Positions 17,919 through 26,487 of a DNA stretch of 36,932 nt are shown here, piece by piece. The notes beneath the pieces are model-generated. The model searched no databases. It was not told the DNA's origin and saw only the letters and a list, made by a program, of their open reading frames with translations. Each line of letters begins with the position of its first letter. Positions within the stretch are counted from its first letter, which is position 1. The position numbers and the translations under genes are program-made. Source of the DNA: a bacterium (GTDB lineage Bacteria; Bacillota; Clostridia; Christensenellales; CAG-138); the NCBI GenBank assembly GCA_963608365.1, contig CAVDFM010000002.1, positions 1 to 36,932 on the forward strand, read 5' to 3'.

Positions 17919-18397
17919 GCGATATTGTCCGCCCGATGCAGGCGATGGATATAGACAGGGTATACGAGCTTGAAAAAACCTGCTTCCGCACGCCGTGGTC
18001 GCGGGATTCGCTTGCGGGGGAACTGAAGAATAAAATTGCGCATTATCTTGTGCTGGAGCGGGACGGCCGCGTGGTGGCCTACGCGGGTATGTGGATAATA
18101 TATGAAGAGGCGCATATAACAAACGTTGCGGTCGATCCGGCGTTCAGGCGGCAGGGCATAGCCAAGCGGGTGATGCTTTGCATGATGCGCACGGCGCGGC
18201 TTTTTGACGCAACGGAGATGACGCTTGAGGTAAGGGAGAACAACTTCGGCGCGCAGGCGCTCTATGCCCAGCTGGACTTTGAAAAGGCTGGCGTAAGGAA
18301 GGGCTATTATACGGACACGGGAGAGGCGGCCTACATAATGTGGAACCGCGATATCGGCTTGACACTTGAGAAAAGCAATGTTACCATAAATCTATAA
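17915..18397 (+). CDS. rimI: Ribosomal-protein-alanine N-acetyltransferase
   Basis: 160-aa GNAT with the acetyl-CoA motif RRQGIAKRVM. It sits in the canonical position after tsaB, with an ATGA overlap. Confidence 0.8.
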   Translation: MSDIVRPMQAMDIDRVYELEKTCFRTPWSRDSLAGELKNKIAHYLVLERDGRVVAYAGMWIIYEEAHITNVAVDPAFRRQGIAKRVMLCMMRTARLFDATEMTLEVRENNFGAQALYAQLDFEKAGVRKGYYTDTGEAAYIMWNRDIGLTLEKSNVTINL

Positions 18398-18429
18398 ACC
18401 AAAAGATAATAAAAAGGAGATATACAGCA

Positions 18430-18828
18430 ATGAAACAGCAGATAAACGCCGCCAACGCACCCGCCGCCATAGGCCCCTATTGCCACGCGATAGAGATGGA
18501 AGGCTTCGTATTCACGTCCGGTCAGCTTGGCATAGATCCCGCCACCGGCAAGCTTTGCGAAGGCGTGGAGGCGCAGGCCAGGCAGGCTTTTACCAACCTG
18601 AAGAACGTGCTTGAAAGCGCGAACGCCTCTATGGACGACGTGCTCAAGACCACCGTATTCATGGTTGACCTGGCGGACTTTGGCAAGGTAAACGCCATAT
18701 ATGCCGAGTTCTTCGGCCCCAACTATCCCGCAAGGAGCTGCGTGCAGGTAGCCGCGCTTCCCGCTGGCGGTCTGGTCGAGATCGAGGCCGTTGCCAACAA
18801 GGCGGCTGATGAAATAGCTTCCTTCTAA
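18430..18828 (+). CDS. ridA: RidA/YjgF-family reactive-intermediate deaminase
   Basis: APAAIGPYCHAI, FTSGQLGIDP and PARSCVQVAALP motifs. AAGGAGA RBS. Confidence 0.88.
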   Translation: MKQQINAANAPAAIGPYCHAIEMEGFVFTSGQLGIDPATGKLCEGVEAQARQAFTNLKNVLESANASMDDVLKTTVFMVDLADFGKVNAIYAEFFGPNYPARSCVQVAALPAGGLVEIEAVANKAADEIASF

Positions 18829-18841
18829 GTAAGGAGCTGCC

Positions 18842-20071
18842 ATGCAATGCCGTAACGCGGCAAAATATACATTCAATTTTCGCCCACTCGTGTGCGCGGC
18901 GTTCGGCCTTGGCGCGGGGGTGGCGATAGGTATGCACATAAGCGGAGCGCGCGCCTTAGTGGCGGCGCTCCTTTCGCTTATCGCGGCATATATTATGCAC
19001 GGCAAAAAGCAGCGCGCTGCAACGGTTATGCTTGTGTGTGCTGCGGCGGGACTGCTGCGCGTGGTGGGCTATGCATTCCTGCCGCGTGAAGAAGTGAGCG
19101 AAATAATCGAAAGCGCCCGCTTTTCGCGCAATCATACGCCGACAGCGCTTATGCCAACGGTTGAAAGCCTGTATGCGCGGTGCGATGCACTCTTTGCCGA
19201 AGCTTCACCCCTTGCGCGGGCAATATTGCTGGGGGACAGGAGCACGCTTGGGTATTTTCAGCGGTATGCGTTCCGTGCAAGCGGAGTATCGCACACGCTG
19301 GCGCTTAGCGGGCTGCATGTGTCTGCGCTCACGCTTGTTTTGCTTCGCTGCATTCCGCCCAACCGCCCAAGGGTGCGGGCTGCGTTCGTGTTCGCATTCC
19401 TCGGCATATACTGCGCCGTGGCGGGCTTCCCCGCAAGCCTTATGCGCGCGGCAATAATGTTCATGTGCATTGTGCTTGCTCCGCTTTGCCTAAGGCGTAA
19501 CGATACGGCGTCCGCGCTTTCGCTCGCGTTTATAATAATCGTGTGCGCAGAACCGCTCAGCATTTATTCGGCGGGCTTCTGCCTTTCCTTTGCCGCCGTG
19601 GCGGGGATAGCAATGCTGTATGCGCCCATTATGCGCCGCCTGCCAAGCGCGCTTGCGCCCGTGGGCACTACCGTTGCCGCATCGCTCGGCACGCTTCCGT
19701 TCACGGTGATGTTCTTCGGCGAATTCAGCACATATTCAATAATTGCGAACATATTCATTGTGCCGCTTATAACGCTTGCGCTGCCGATAGGGCTTATCGC
19801 GCTCGCGCTTTCGTATATATCGGCGCCGCTCGGCGCGCTTTTGGCAATACCGGCGCGGCTGATGCTGGGCGCGAGCGAGAGCATAGGCGCGGCCATTGCT
19901 TCGCTTCCGTATGCGCAGATAAAGCTGAGCGGCTTTAATGGGCTTACATGCGCGCTGTATTTCGCGGCGCTCATAGTGCTTTCAAAATATTGCCTTATGG
20001 ACAGGAACAAAAAGCTCACCTGCGGCTGCGCGCTGCTTGCGCTCGGCACGCTGAGCGTCATTATTGCTTGA
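18842..20071 (+). CDS. comEC: ComEC/Rec2-family membrane protein (channel domain only)
   Basis: 409-aa polytopic membrane protein with LLGDRSTL...FRASGVSHTLALSGLHVS, typical of the ComEC competence domain. There is no C-terminal metallo-beta-lactamase domain. It lies upstream of holA, as in many Firmicutes. Confidence 0.75.
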   Translation: MQCRNAAKYTFNFRPLVCAAFGLGAGVAIGMHISGARALVAALLSLIAAYIMHGKKQRAATVMLVCAAAGLLRVVGYAFLPREEVSEIIESARFSRNHTPTALMPTVESLYARCDALFAEASPLARAILLGDRSTLGYFQRYAFRASGVSHTLALSGLHVSALTLVLLRCIPPNRPRVRAAFVFAFLGIYCAVAGFPASLMRAAIMFMCIVLAPLCLRRNDTASALSLAFIIIVCAEPLSIYSAGFCLSFAAVAGIAMLYAPIMRRLPSALAPVGTTVAASLGTLPFTVMFFGEFSTYSIIANIFIVPLITLALPIGLIALALSYISAPLGALLAIPARLMLGASESIGAAIASLPYAQIKLSGFNGLTCALYFAALIVLSKYCLMDRNKKLTCGCALLALGTLSVIIA

Positions 20072-20103
20072 ACCGCCGCGCTTTATTGGCTATAATAGAG
20101 AAC

Positions 20104-21093
20104 ATGGAACGCAATGATTTTATGATAGCCGCTAACAAGGGCGCGTTGAGCGGGGCATATCTTTTGCATGGCGAGGAGGAGTTTTTGAAGGAAAACGCCG
20201 TATCCTCCGCGCTGAAGCTTATTGACCCCGCAATGCGGGACCTTAATGTGGACATATTGGAAACCGCGCAGGCAACTGCCGTTATAGCCGCGGCGGAAAC
20301 GCTGCCGTTCATGGCGGAAAGGCGCGTGGTACTGTGCCGCGCAATGCCAAAGGACGACGACGCGGCCCGCCTTGCCGCATACGCCGAAAAGGTGCCCGAA
20401 AGCACGGTTTTATTATTCTATATAAAGGGAAAGGCGGACGGGCGCAGCGCATTCGTAAAGGCAATGGCGAAGCTTGGCCGCAGCATAGATTTCGCCCCGC
20501 TGAACGAGATCGAGGCGCGGCGATACGTGCAGAAGCGGGCAAAGGCGATAGACGCGCCCATAACCGAGCAGGAGGCGGCGTTTTTTGTGTCGCTTGCTGG
20601 AACGGACTGCGCCGCGCTTTATAACGAGCTGGACAAGGCCGCGGCCTACGCCGGAGTAGGCAACGAGATAACGCGTGAAGTTATAGCCAAAATAGTCACA
20701 AGGGATCTTGACTACGTTGTTTTCGAGGTACTGGATCATTTCATTGCAAACCGCGCGACGGACGGGCTGCGCACGCTGAACGGGCTGATGGAAAACGGCG
20801 AGAAGCCGCTGATGATAGCCGAACGCCTGCGGGATAAGGCAAAGCTGACGCTTCAGGCAAGGCAGCTGATAGATAAGCGCATAGGCAAGGAGGAGATAAC
20901 GCGCCGCCTTGGCGTAAGTTCGGGCTATGCATGGCGCGTGAGCGACAGCGCAAAGCGGCTTTCCACCGCGCAGGTAGATGCGCTGACGGATGCGGCGGAA
21001 GCGCTCAGCCGCGTGACAACAATGCAGCTTACGGGCCAGGCTAAGGCGGAGGATGCGCTGATACGCGCGCTTATGCTGCTTGCGCACAGATAA
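20104..21093 (+). CDS. holA: DNA polymerase III delta subunit
   Basis: I chose ATG 20104 because the ORF-track start at 19948 lies inside comEC. YLLHGEEEFLKE and the overall size (~330 aa) fit HolA. Confidence 0.8.
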   Translation: MERNDFMIAANKGALSGAYLLHGEEEFLKENAVSSALKLIDPAMRDLNVDILETAQATAVIAAAETLPFMAERRVVLCRAMPKDDDAARLAAYAEKVPESTVLLFYIKGKADGRSAFVKAMAKLGRSIDFAPLNEIEARRYVQKRAKAIDAPITEQEAAFFVSLAGTDCAALYNELDKAAAYAGVGNEITREVIAKIVTRDLDYVVFEVLDHFIANRATDGLRTLNGLMENGEKPLMIAERLRDKAKLTLQARQLIDKRIGKEEITRRLGVSSGYAWRVSDSAKRLSTAQVDALTDAAEALSRVTTMQLTGQAKAEDALIRALMLLAHR

Positions 21094-21100
21094 ACACCAT

Positions 21101-21121
21101 GCCCCTTGACAGGGGCTTTTT
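21101..21121 (+). terminator. Rho-independent terminator of holA
   Basis: GCCCCT-TGAC-AGGGGC (21101-21116) followed by TTTTT (21117-21121). Confidence 0.7.
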
Positions 21122-21162
21122 ATCACACTATAATATCGTTACACGATATCGATTGACGATAT
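21106..21162 (+). promoter_or_regulatory. Consensus promoter of padR with tandem CGATAT palindromes
   Basis: TTGACA (21106-21111, inside the terminator hairpin), 17 nt, then TATAAT (21129-21134). This is followed by ATATCG-N5-CGATATCG-N5-CGATAT (21133-21162), which is two overlapping palindromes. Confidence 0.6.
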
Positions 21163-21183
21163 TGATGCGAAGGAGAATGAACA

Positions 21184-21510
21184 ATGCCCAAGAAGGCAAT
21201 GGAAAGCCTTACGGAATCGATGTTCTATGTACTTATGGCGCTGATGCGGCGGCCCATGTGCGGCATAGAGGCGGTGCGCTTCGTAAGCGACAAAACGGCG
21301 GGGCGCATAAGCATAGGCCCGGCAACGCTGTATACGGTGCTTGCAAAGTTCGAAAGCGAAGACTATATAGAGGAGACCGAGGTGGAAGGCCGCAAGCGCA
21401 CGTACCGCATAACCGAAAAGGGGCGCGGGGCATACCGCGCGGAGCTGAGGCGGCTTGAAACCATGGCGGAGGACGCAAGGACGGAGGAGTTATTCTATGG
21501 AAAGCAGTAA
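21184..21510 (+). CDS. PadR-family transcriptional regulator
   Basis: 108-aa winged-helix protein. LTESMFYVLMAL...GPATLYTVLAKFESEDYIEE...GRKRTYRITEKG fits PadR. Confidence 0.85.
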   Translation: MPKKAMESLTESMFYVLMALMRRPMCGIEAVRFVSDKTAGRISIGPATLYTVLAKFESEDYIEETEVEGRKRTYRITEKGRGAYRAELRRLETMAEDARTEELFYGKQ

Positions 21511-22675
21511 GAAGGGCACGATAAGGCTGATACCCTGCGCGGATTATGATATAGAGGGGCTGCAAAGCTATTTTGAGGAAATGGCGGCGAAGGGGCTGCA
21601 CCTTAAAAAGGACGGTATATTCGCCCACTTTGCATCCTTTGAGCGGGGCGAGCCGCGCGAAGCGCGCTACCGCATGGACGTGAAGGAAAAGCGAAACGCC
21701 ATTATGGACGGCGATAACGGCAGGCCGACCGATGAGCAGATAGAGCTATGCAATGAGCTTGGCTGGGAATATGTGGATTCAATAGGCGTGTTCCATATTT
21801 TCCGCACATATGACGCATCCGCGCCGGAACTGAATACGGACACGGCGCTGCAATCGATAGCCGCCAAGCGCGTAGTGCGCAGCCAGATAGAAAGCGTTTT
21901 GGTGTTGTGCTTCTGGCTGCTGATATATCCCGTGCTGAAGCTTGATGGCATGCTGCTGCCAACCATGTTCATGGTCGGCACGGACGTTATGCTGCTTGCA
22001 TTCATAATAGATATATGGTGGATAGCCGGCAGCATAGCGCGGCTTGTGTATCTCAGCCGCATAAAGAAGCGGCTTGAAGCGGGGGAGAGCATAGTGCGCC
22101 GCGTTAAGCGCAGCAGCGCGCGTTATATCGCCCCGCGCATAGCGTTTGCCGTGCTGGCGGCGGTAACGGTATGCCTGTTCATAGTTCGCTGGAGCGAGGC
22201 GGATAAAGGCCGCATACCGCTTGAAGAATACACGGGCGAATTGCCGTTTGCCACCATTGCGGACATTGTGCCGGGTGAATATGAACGGCTGGGATTCCCG
22301 GTAACGGACGGCATACAGGTGCGAAGCGACATGCTTGCGCCGGTGGTGATAGACTTCCGCGAATGCGCAGCGGTAACGGTCAATAGCGGCAAGGCCTTTT
22401 CCGGCGGGCTGCTGATAGATTATTATGAAACCGTGTCGCCCCGGCTTGCCCGCACCGCGGCGGAGGAGCTGCTGCTCAACGCAAAGCTGAAAAGGCATTA
22501 TACGCCGATAGAGTTGGCCGATACGGGCGCGGACATGCAGGCTGCGTATTATGACGAGGTGCATATGCCCACGGTGATACTGCAAAAAGGCAGCAGGGTA
22601 ATAAAAGCAACGCTGTACCAAACGGGGGAATACACCATAAGCATGGAAGAATGGGCAGGCAAACTGCTCGGCTGA
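21497..22675 (+). CDS. DUF2812-family membrane protein (usual PadR partner)
   Basis: ATG 21497 lies after GGAGG (21484-21488) and overlaps the padR 3' end. The N-terminal block YDIEGLQSYFEEMAAKGLHLKKDG is followed by transmembrane helices, as in DUF2812 proteins. Confidence 0.6.
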   Translation: MESSKKGTIRLIPCADYDIEGLQSYFEEMAAKGLHLKKDGIFAHFASFERGEPREARYRMDVKEKRNAIMDGDNGRPTDEQIELCNELGWEYVDSIGVFHIFRTYDASAPELNTDTALQSIAAKRVVRSQIESVLVLCFWLLIYPVLKLDGMLLPTMFMVGTDVMLLAFIIDIWWIAGSIARLVYLSRIKKRLEAGESIVRRVKRSSARYIAPRIAFAVLAAVTVCLFIVRWSEADKGRIPLEEYTGELPFATIADIVPGEYERLGFPVTDGIQVRSDMLAPVVIDFRECAAVTVNSGKAFSGGLLIDYYETVSPRLARTAAEELLLNAKLKRHYTPIELADTGADMQAAYYDEVHMPTVILQKGSRVIKATLYQTGEYTISMEEWAGKLLG

Positions 22676-22678
22676 GCA

Positions 22679-22864
22679 TCACGGCAGCACAAGTATGCGT
22701 ATGGTTATAACCATTGCGCCGCTTAGCAGCAGCGCAAGCAGAAAGTTGACCTCGCAGCACAGCAGCAATATCATAATAAGCACGAAAAGCATTGCGCAGC
22801 GTATTGATTTACGCTTTACGCATTGCTTTTTTACATATACTGTTGCGGGCCTTCGCTGTAACAT
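22679..22864 (-). CDS. Small hydrophobic membrane peptide (61 aa)
   Basis: Strong RBS AAGGAGGG lies 6 nt before ATG 22864. A basic N-terminus (MLQRRPATVYVKKQCVKRKSIR) is followed by about 35 hydrophobic residues. It sits in a locally low-GC stretch and is convergent with DUF2812, with only 3 nt between the stops. Confidence 0.5.
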   Translation of the reverse strand: MLQRRPATVYVKKQCVKRKSIRCAMLFVLIMILLLCCEVNFLLALLLSGAMVITIRILVLP

Positions 22865-22898
22865 ATATATCCCTCCTTATATAGTATAATACGCTTTT

Positions 22899-22938
22899 GC
22901 GGCATGGCATGACACACGGCCTGCCGCCTTATTTTTTT
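22899..22938 (+). terminator. Plus-strand intrinsic terminator-like hairpin
   Basis: GCGGCA(t)GGC ... GCC TGCCGC gives a 9-bp stem with one bulge (22899-22927). It is followed by CTTATTTTTTT, with the T-run at 22932-38. No plus-strand CDS lies between it and the DUF2812 stop at 22675. Confidence 0.5.
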
Positions 22939-22996
22939 GCCGCACACAAGGCGCGGTTACGGAATAAAGTGATGATATAACGATATGGAGGCCATT

Positions 22997-23755
22997 ATGA
23001 ACGGCGATAATGCATATATAGTTGAATTTAACGGGGTAAGCCTTAATTATCACGATGCGCAGGGCGAAACGCCGGCGATAAAGGGGCTTGACTTCGGGGT
23101 GAAGAAGGGCGAGTTCGTGTCCATAGTAGGGCCGAGCGGCTGCGGGAAAACAAGCGTATTGAGCATAGCCGCGGGCATTGCCGTGCCGAGCGGGGGCAAG
23201 GTGCGCATAGAGGGCGGCAGGCCGGGCTATATGCTGCAGCAGGACCATCTGCTGGACTGGCGCACGGTGGAAGGGAACATATTGCTTGGGCTTGAGGTGC
23301 AGGGCAATCTGAACGAAGAATCCCGCAGTTATGCGCTGGAACTGCTTAAAACATACGGACTGGGCGCGTTTGCGGGAAGGTATCCTTCTCAGCTTTCCGG
23401 CGGCATGCGGCAAAAGGTTGCGCTGATACGCACACTTGCAACGCGGCCGGAACTGCTGCTGTTAGACGAGCCGTTTTCCGCGCTCGATTTTCAAACGCGG
23501 CTGATGCTTTGCGACGAAATGCACGCTATACTGAAGCGCGAGGGCAAAACGGTGATACTCGTTACGCACGATATTTCCGAAGCCATATCAATGGGGGACA
23601 GGGTGCTTGTTTTCCGCGCGCGGCCGACGGGAGTAAAGGCGGAACACATAATAGACCTTAGCGGCAAAAGCCCGCTTGAGCGGCGCAACGCGGCAAACTT
23701 CAAGGATTATTTCAATGCAATATGGGGGGAACTGGACCATGACGAAGCAAAATGA
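22997..23755 (+). CDS. ABC transporter ATP-binding protein (NitT/TauT-like)
   Basis: Walker A GPSGCGKTS, signature LSGGMRQKV, Walker B LLLLDEPFSALD. I prefer ATG 22997, which lies 5 nt after GGAGG (22987-22991), over ATG 22985. Confidence 0.88.
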   Translation: MNGDNAYIVEFNGVSLNYHDAQGETPAIKGLDFGVKKGEFVSIVGPSGCGKTSVLSIAAGIAVPSGGKVRIEGGRPGYMLQQDHLLDWRTVEGNILLGLEVQGNLNEESRSYALELLKTYGLGAFAGRYPSQLSGGMRQKVALIRTLATRPELLLLDEPFSALDFQTRLMLCDEMHAILKREGKTVILVTHDISEAISMGDRVLVFRARPTGVKAEHIIDLSGKSPLERRNAANFKDYFNAIWGELDHDEAK

Positions 23756-24563
23756 CGCGGCCTTTTCGGCGGAACACAGGCAATATATTGCGCGGCTCAA
23801 CCGCTCCCGCCGTGGCATAAAGCTTGCGCGCTGGCTTATATTGATAGTATTCATTGCGCTGTGGGAGCTTTTTGCCCGCGTGGGGATAATAGATCCGTTT
23901 ATAGGCAGCTCCCCCGTAAGGGTGGCGGAAACGATAGCGCGGCTGTATGCGGGCGGGGAACTGTTTCTGCACATAGGCGTAACGCTTTATGAAACGGTGC
24001 TGGGCTTTGTGCTTGGCACGGCGGCGGGCACGCTGATAGCAATTGCGCTTTGGTGGAGCCCTGCGCTCAACCGCGTGCTTGACCCTTACCTTGTGGTATT
24101 GAACGCGCTGCCCAAAATAGCATTGGGGCCGATACTGATAGTGTGGTTCGGCGCGGGCATGACGAGCATAATAGTAATGGCGCTGCTTATATCCTTTGTG
24201 GTAACGATAATGAGCGTGCTGGCGGGCTTTAACGAAATAACGGGCGAAAAGCAGCTGCTTATGAAAACGCTTGGCGCAAGCAAGCTGCAAATATTCACAA
24301 TGGTGGTGCTGCCCGCGTCGCTGCCGACTATTATGAACGCGCTGAAGATAAGCGTTGGCATGAGCTGGGTAGGCGTTATAGTCGGGGAATACCTTGTGTC
24401 AAAGGCCGGACTTGGCTATCTTATTGTTTACGGCGGGCAGGTATTCAAGCTGGATCTTGTTATGGCGAGCATAGTGGTGCTGTGCCTGCTTGCGGCGCTC
24501 ATGTATTACGGCGTGGCATATATGGAGAAAAAGCTTGTAAAGTGGCGTATGCACGGCGGCTGA
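23739..24563 (+). CDS. ABC transporter permease (NitT/TauT-like, BPD_transp_1)
   Basis: ATG 23739 overlaps the ATPase 3' end. It is a polytopic protein with an EAA-like loop (KTLGASKLQIFTMVVLPASLP). Confidence 0.85.
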   Translation: MTKQNDAAFSAEHRQYIARLNRSRRGIKLARWLILIVFIALWELFARVGIIDPFIGSSPVRVAETIARLYAGGELFLHIGVTLYETVLGFVLGTAAGTLIAIALWWSPALNRVLDPYLVVLNALPKIALGPILIVWFGAGMTSIIVMALLISFVVTIMSVLAGFNEITGEKQLLMKTLGASKLQIFTMVVLPASLPTIMNALKISVGMSWVGVIVGEYLVSKAGLGYLIVYGGQVFKLDLVMASIVVLCLLAALMYYGVAYMEKKLVKWRMHGG

Positions 24564-24567
24564 TGGA

Positions 24568-24576
24568 TGCTATAAT
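24568..24576 (+). promoter_or_regulatory. Candidate extended -10 promoter (TGcTATAAT) ahead of the GNAT gene
   Basis: TGCTATAAT at 24568-24576, about 30 nt before ATG 24607. Confidence 0.35.
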
Positions 24577-24606
24577 ATAGCGTAACATAAGCATACGGAG
24601 GCACGC

Positions 24607-25374
24607 ATGACGAACAGAGAAATGCTCTATACGGCGCTCAAGCAATCCGCGCTTGAACTCAACTGCACCGTTGACGACCTGACGAGCGGAAAGAGCAAAG
24701 CGGTTATATCAAGTACTGCGGAGGGCGCAAGGAAATATCTTTCGCTGCCGTTTTATTGCCAGCTTGTGAGCTAAGGCAGCGGCATAGTTGCATCCGTAAA
24801 CGAGGAGATATATGCCGATGCAAAGGCGTATATTGAAAAATACGCGCCGGAGCATTGCTTTGAAACGCCGAACATGCTCGTTTTGCAGTCCGCGCTTGAG
24901 CGGCGCGGCATGAGCGCGTGCTTCATGGCGGAATACTGGCTTTGCGATACGGATGCAATAAGGATGATCGACTGCGGCTATGAACTGCGGCTGCTCACGG
25001 CGGCGGATTTTGCGCCGCTGTATACGCCCCAATGGAGCAACGCATTGTGCGAAAAGCGCAAGGAGCTTGACGTGCTGGGCATAGGCGCATACGACGGGGA
25101 AAAGCTTGTCGGCCTTGCCGGGTGCAGCGCGGACTGCGAAAGCATGTGGCAGATAGGGGTTGATGTTCTGCCGGAATACAGGCGGCGCGGGATAGCTTCC
25201 GCGGTGACAAGTCGCCTTGCGGCGGAGATAATGGCGCGGGGCAAGGTGCCGTTTTATTGCTGCGCATGGAGCAACGTGGCGTCCGCCCGCAATGCCATAC
25301 GCGCGGGTTTCTGCCCGGCATGGGTGGAGCTGACCGCCAAAAGCGCCGAATATACCGCGGATATGAATAAATAA
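24607..25374 (+). pseudogene. GNAT-family N-acetyltransferase interrupted by one in-frame TAA
   Basis: ATG 24607 (GGAGG at 24597-24601) opens a 55-codon ORF ending at TAA 24772-24774. The same frame continues without another stop to 25374. The downstream part carries the GNAT core (VLPEYRRRGIASAVTSRLAAE). The ORF track reports only 24874-25374. Confidence 0.7.
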
Positions 25375-25458
25375 AAAGCATATATGTATATACCGAAAAA
25401 ATAGCGGCAATACTCTCTTCCATAAATAAACCCAAAGCGGTTATCAGGAGGGGAGTAT

Positions 25459-26487
25459 ATGTTGTTTTCGGCGGGTGCATTGTTCGGCCGCGCGGCGGCG
25501 ATAGATCTTGGCACGGTGAATACGGTTGTGGCGATAGAGGGGCGCGGAATAGTGCTCAACGAACCCACGGCAGCCGCGGTATACACCGAAGCGCAGCGCG
25601 AGCGCGGCATAATTTCAAGCGGAGCGGATGCGGAACGGCTTTACGGACGCACGCCGGGCGGGGTGAACATAATATACCCAATGAAGGACGGCGTTATTGC
25701 GGATATATCGGCAGTTGGCGATATGCTGGGCGATTTTTTTGTTAAGGCGTTCGGGCGCAGGCGCGGCGCGGCCGGGGCAAGGCTGACGATATGCCTGCCG
25801 CTTTGTGCAACGGAGCTTGAGCAGCGCGCGCTTACGGACGCGGTCAAGGCCTGCGGCGCGCGGGAAGCAACAATAATACCCGAACCCCTTGCGGCGGCTG
25901 CGGGCGCGGGCATGGACGTATTTGCGCCGGTAGGGAGCATGGTTGTGGACATAGGCGGCGGCACCACGGATACGGCCGTTATAAGCTACGGCGGCATTGC
26001 CGCAAACGACAGCATAAAGACAGGCGGGCGGCATATAGACGGCGCCATTGCGGACTACATTGCCGCGCAGTACGGCGTGAGAATAGGCGAAAAAACGGCG
26101 GAGGAGATAAAGCTTTCGCTCGGGGCGGCGCTGATAGGCGGCATGGAGCGCAGGCAGTTCAAGGGGCGCAGTCTGAAAACGGGGCTGCCCGAATGCGTTG
26201 TGCTTACCGGAGGAGAGGTCAGCCACGCGATCGCGCCCACGGTAAGAAAAATAGTTGATTCCGTAAGGCGAACGCTTAGCGAAACACCGCCGGAGCTTGC
26301 GGCGGATCTTATCGATACGGGCATAGTGCTGACCGGCGGCGGGGCGAAGCTTAAGGGGCTTGATAAGCTGATAAGCCATGAAACAGGGCTGAAGGTGAGT
26401 ATAGCGGAGGACCCTATGTACTGCGTTGCGCTGGGCGCGTTGAAGCTTGGCAGCGGGGAGGATATGGATGCGCCAAGGTACGCATAA
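25459..26487 (+). CDS. mreB: Rod-shape-determining actin homologue MreB
   Basis: IDLGTVNTVV, VVDIGGGTTDTAVIS and TGGGAKLKGL motifs. AGGAGGGG RBS. Confidence 0.9.
   Translation: MLFSAGALFGRAAAIDLGTVNTVVAIEGRGIVLNEPTAAAVYTEAQRERGIISSGADAERLYGRTPGGVNIIYPMKDGVIADISAVGDMLGDFFVKAFGRRRGAAGARLTICLPLCATELEQRALTDAVKACGAREATIIPEPLAAAAGAGMDVFAPVGSMVVDIGGGTTDTAVISYGGIAANDSIKTGGRHIDGAIADYIAAQYGVRIGEKTAEEIKLSLGAALIGGMERRQFKGRSLKTGLPECVVLTGGEVSHAIAPTVRKIVDSVRRTLSETPPELAADLIDTGIVLTGGGAKLKGLDKLISHETGLKVSIAEDPMYCVALGALKLGSGEDMDAPRYA

Noticed and set aside
22865-22996. A riboswitch or attenuator leader for the ABC operon
   Set aside because: A TATAAT at 22885-22890 followed by the terminator-like hairpin at 22899-22938 could be read as an attenuator. 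However, the leader would be too short for an aptamer, I see no alternative antiterminator pairing, and no known riboswitch consensus is present. I reported it as a terminator instead.
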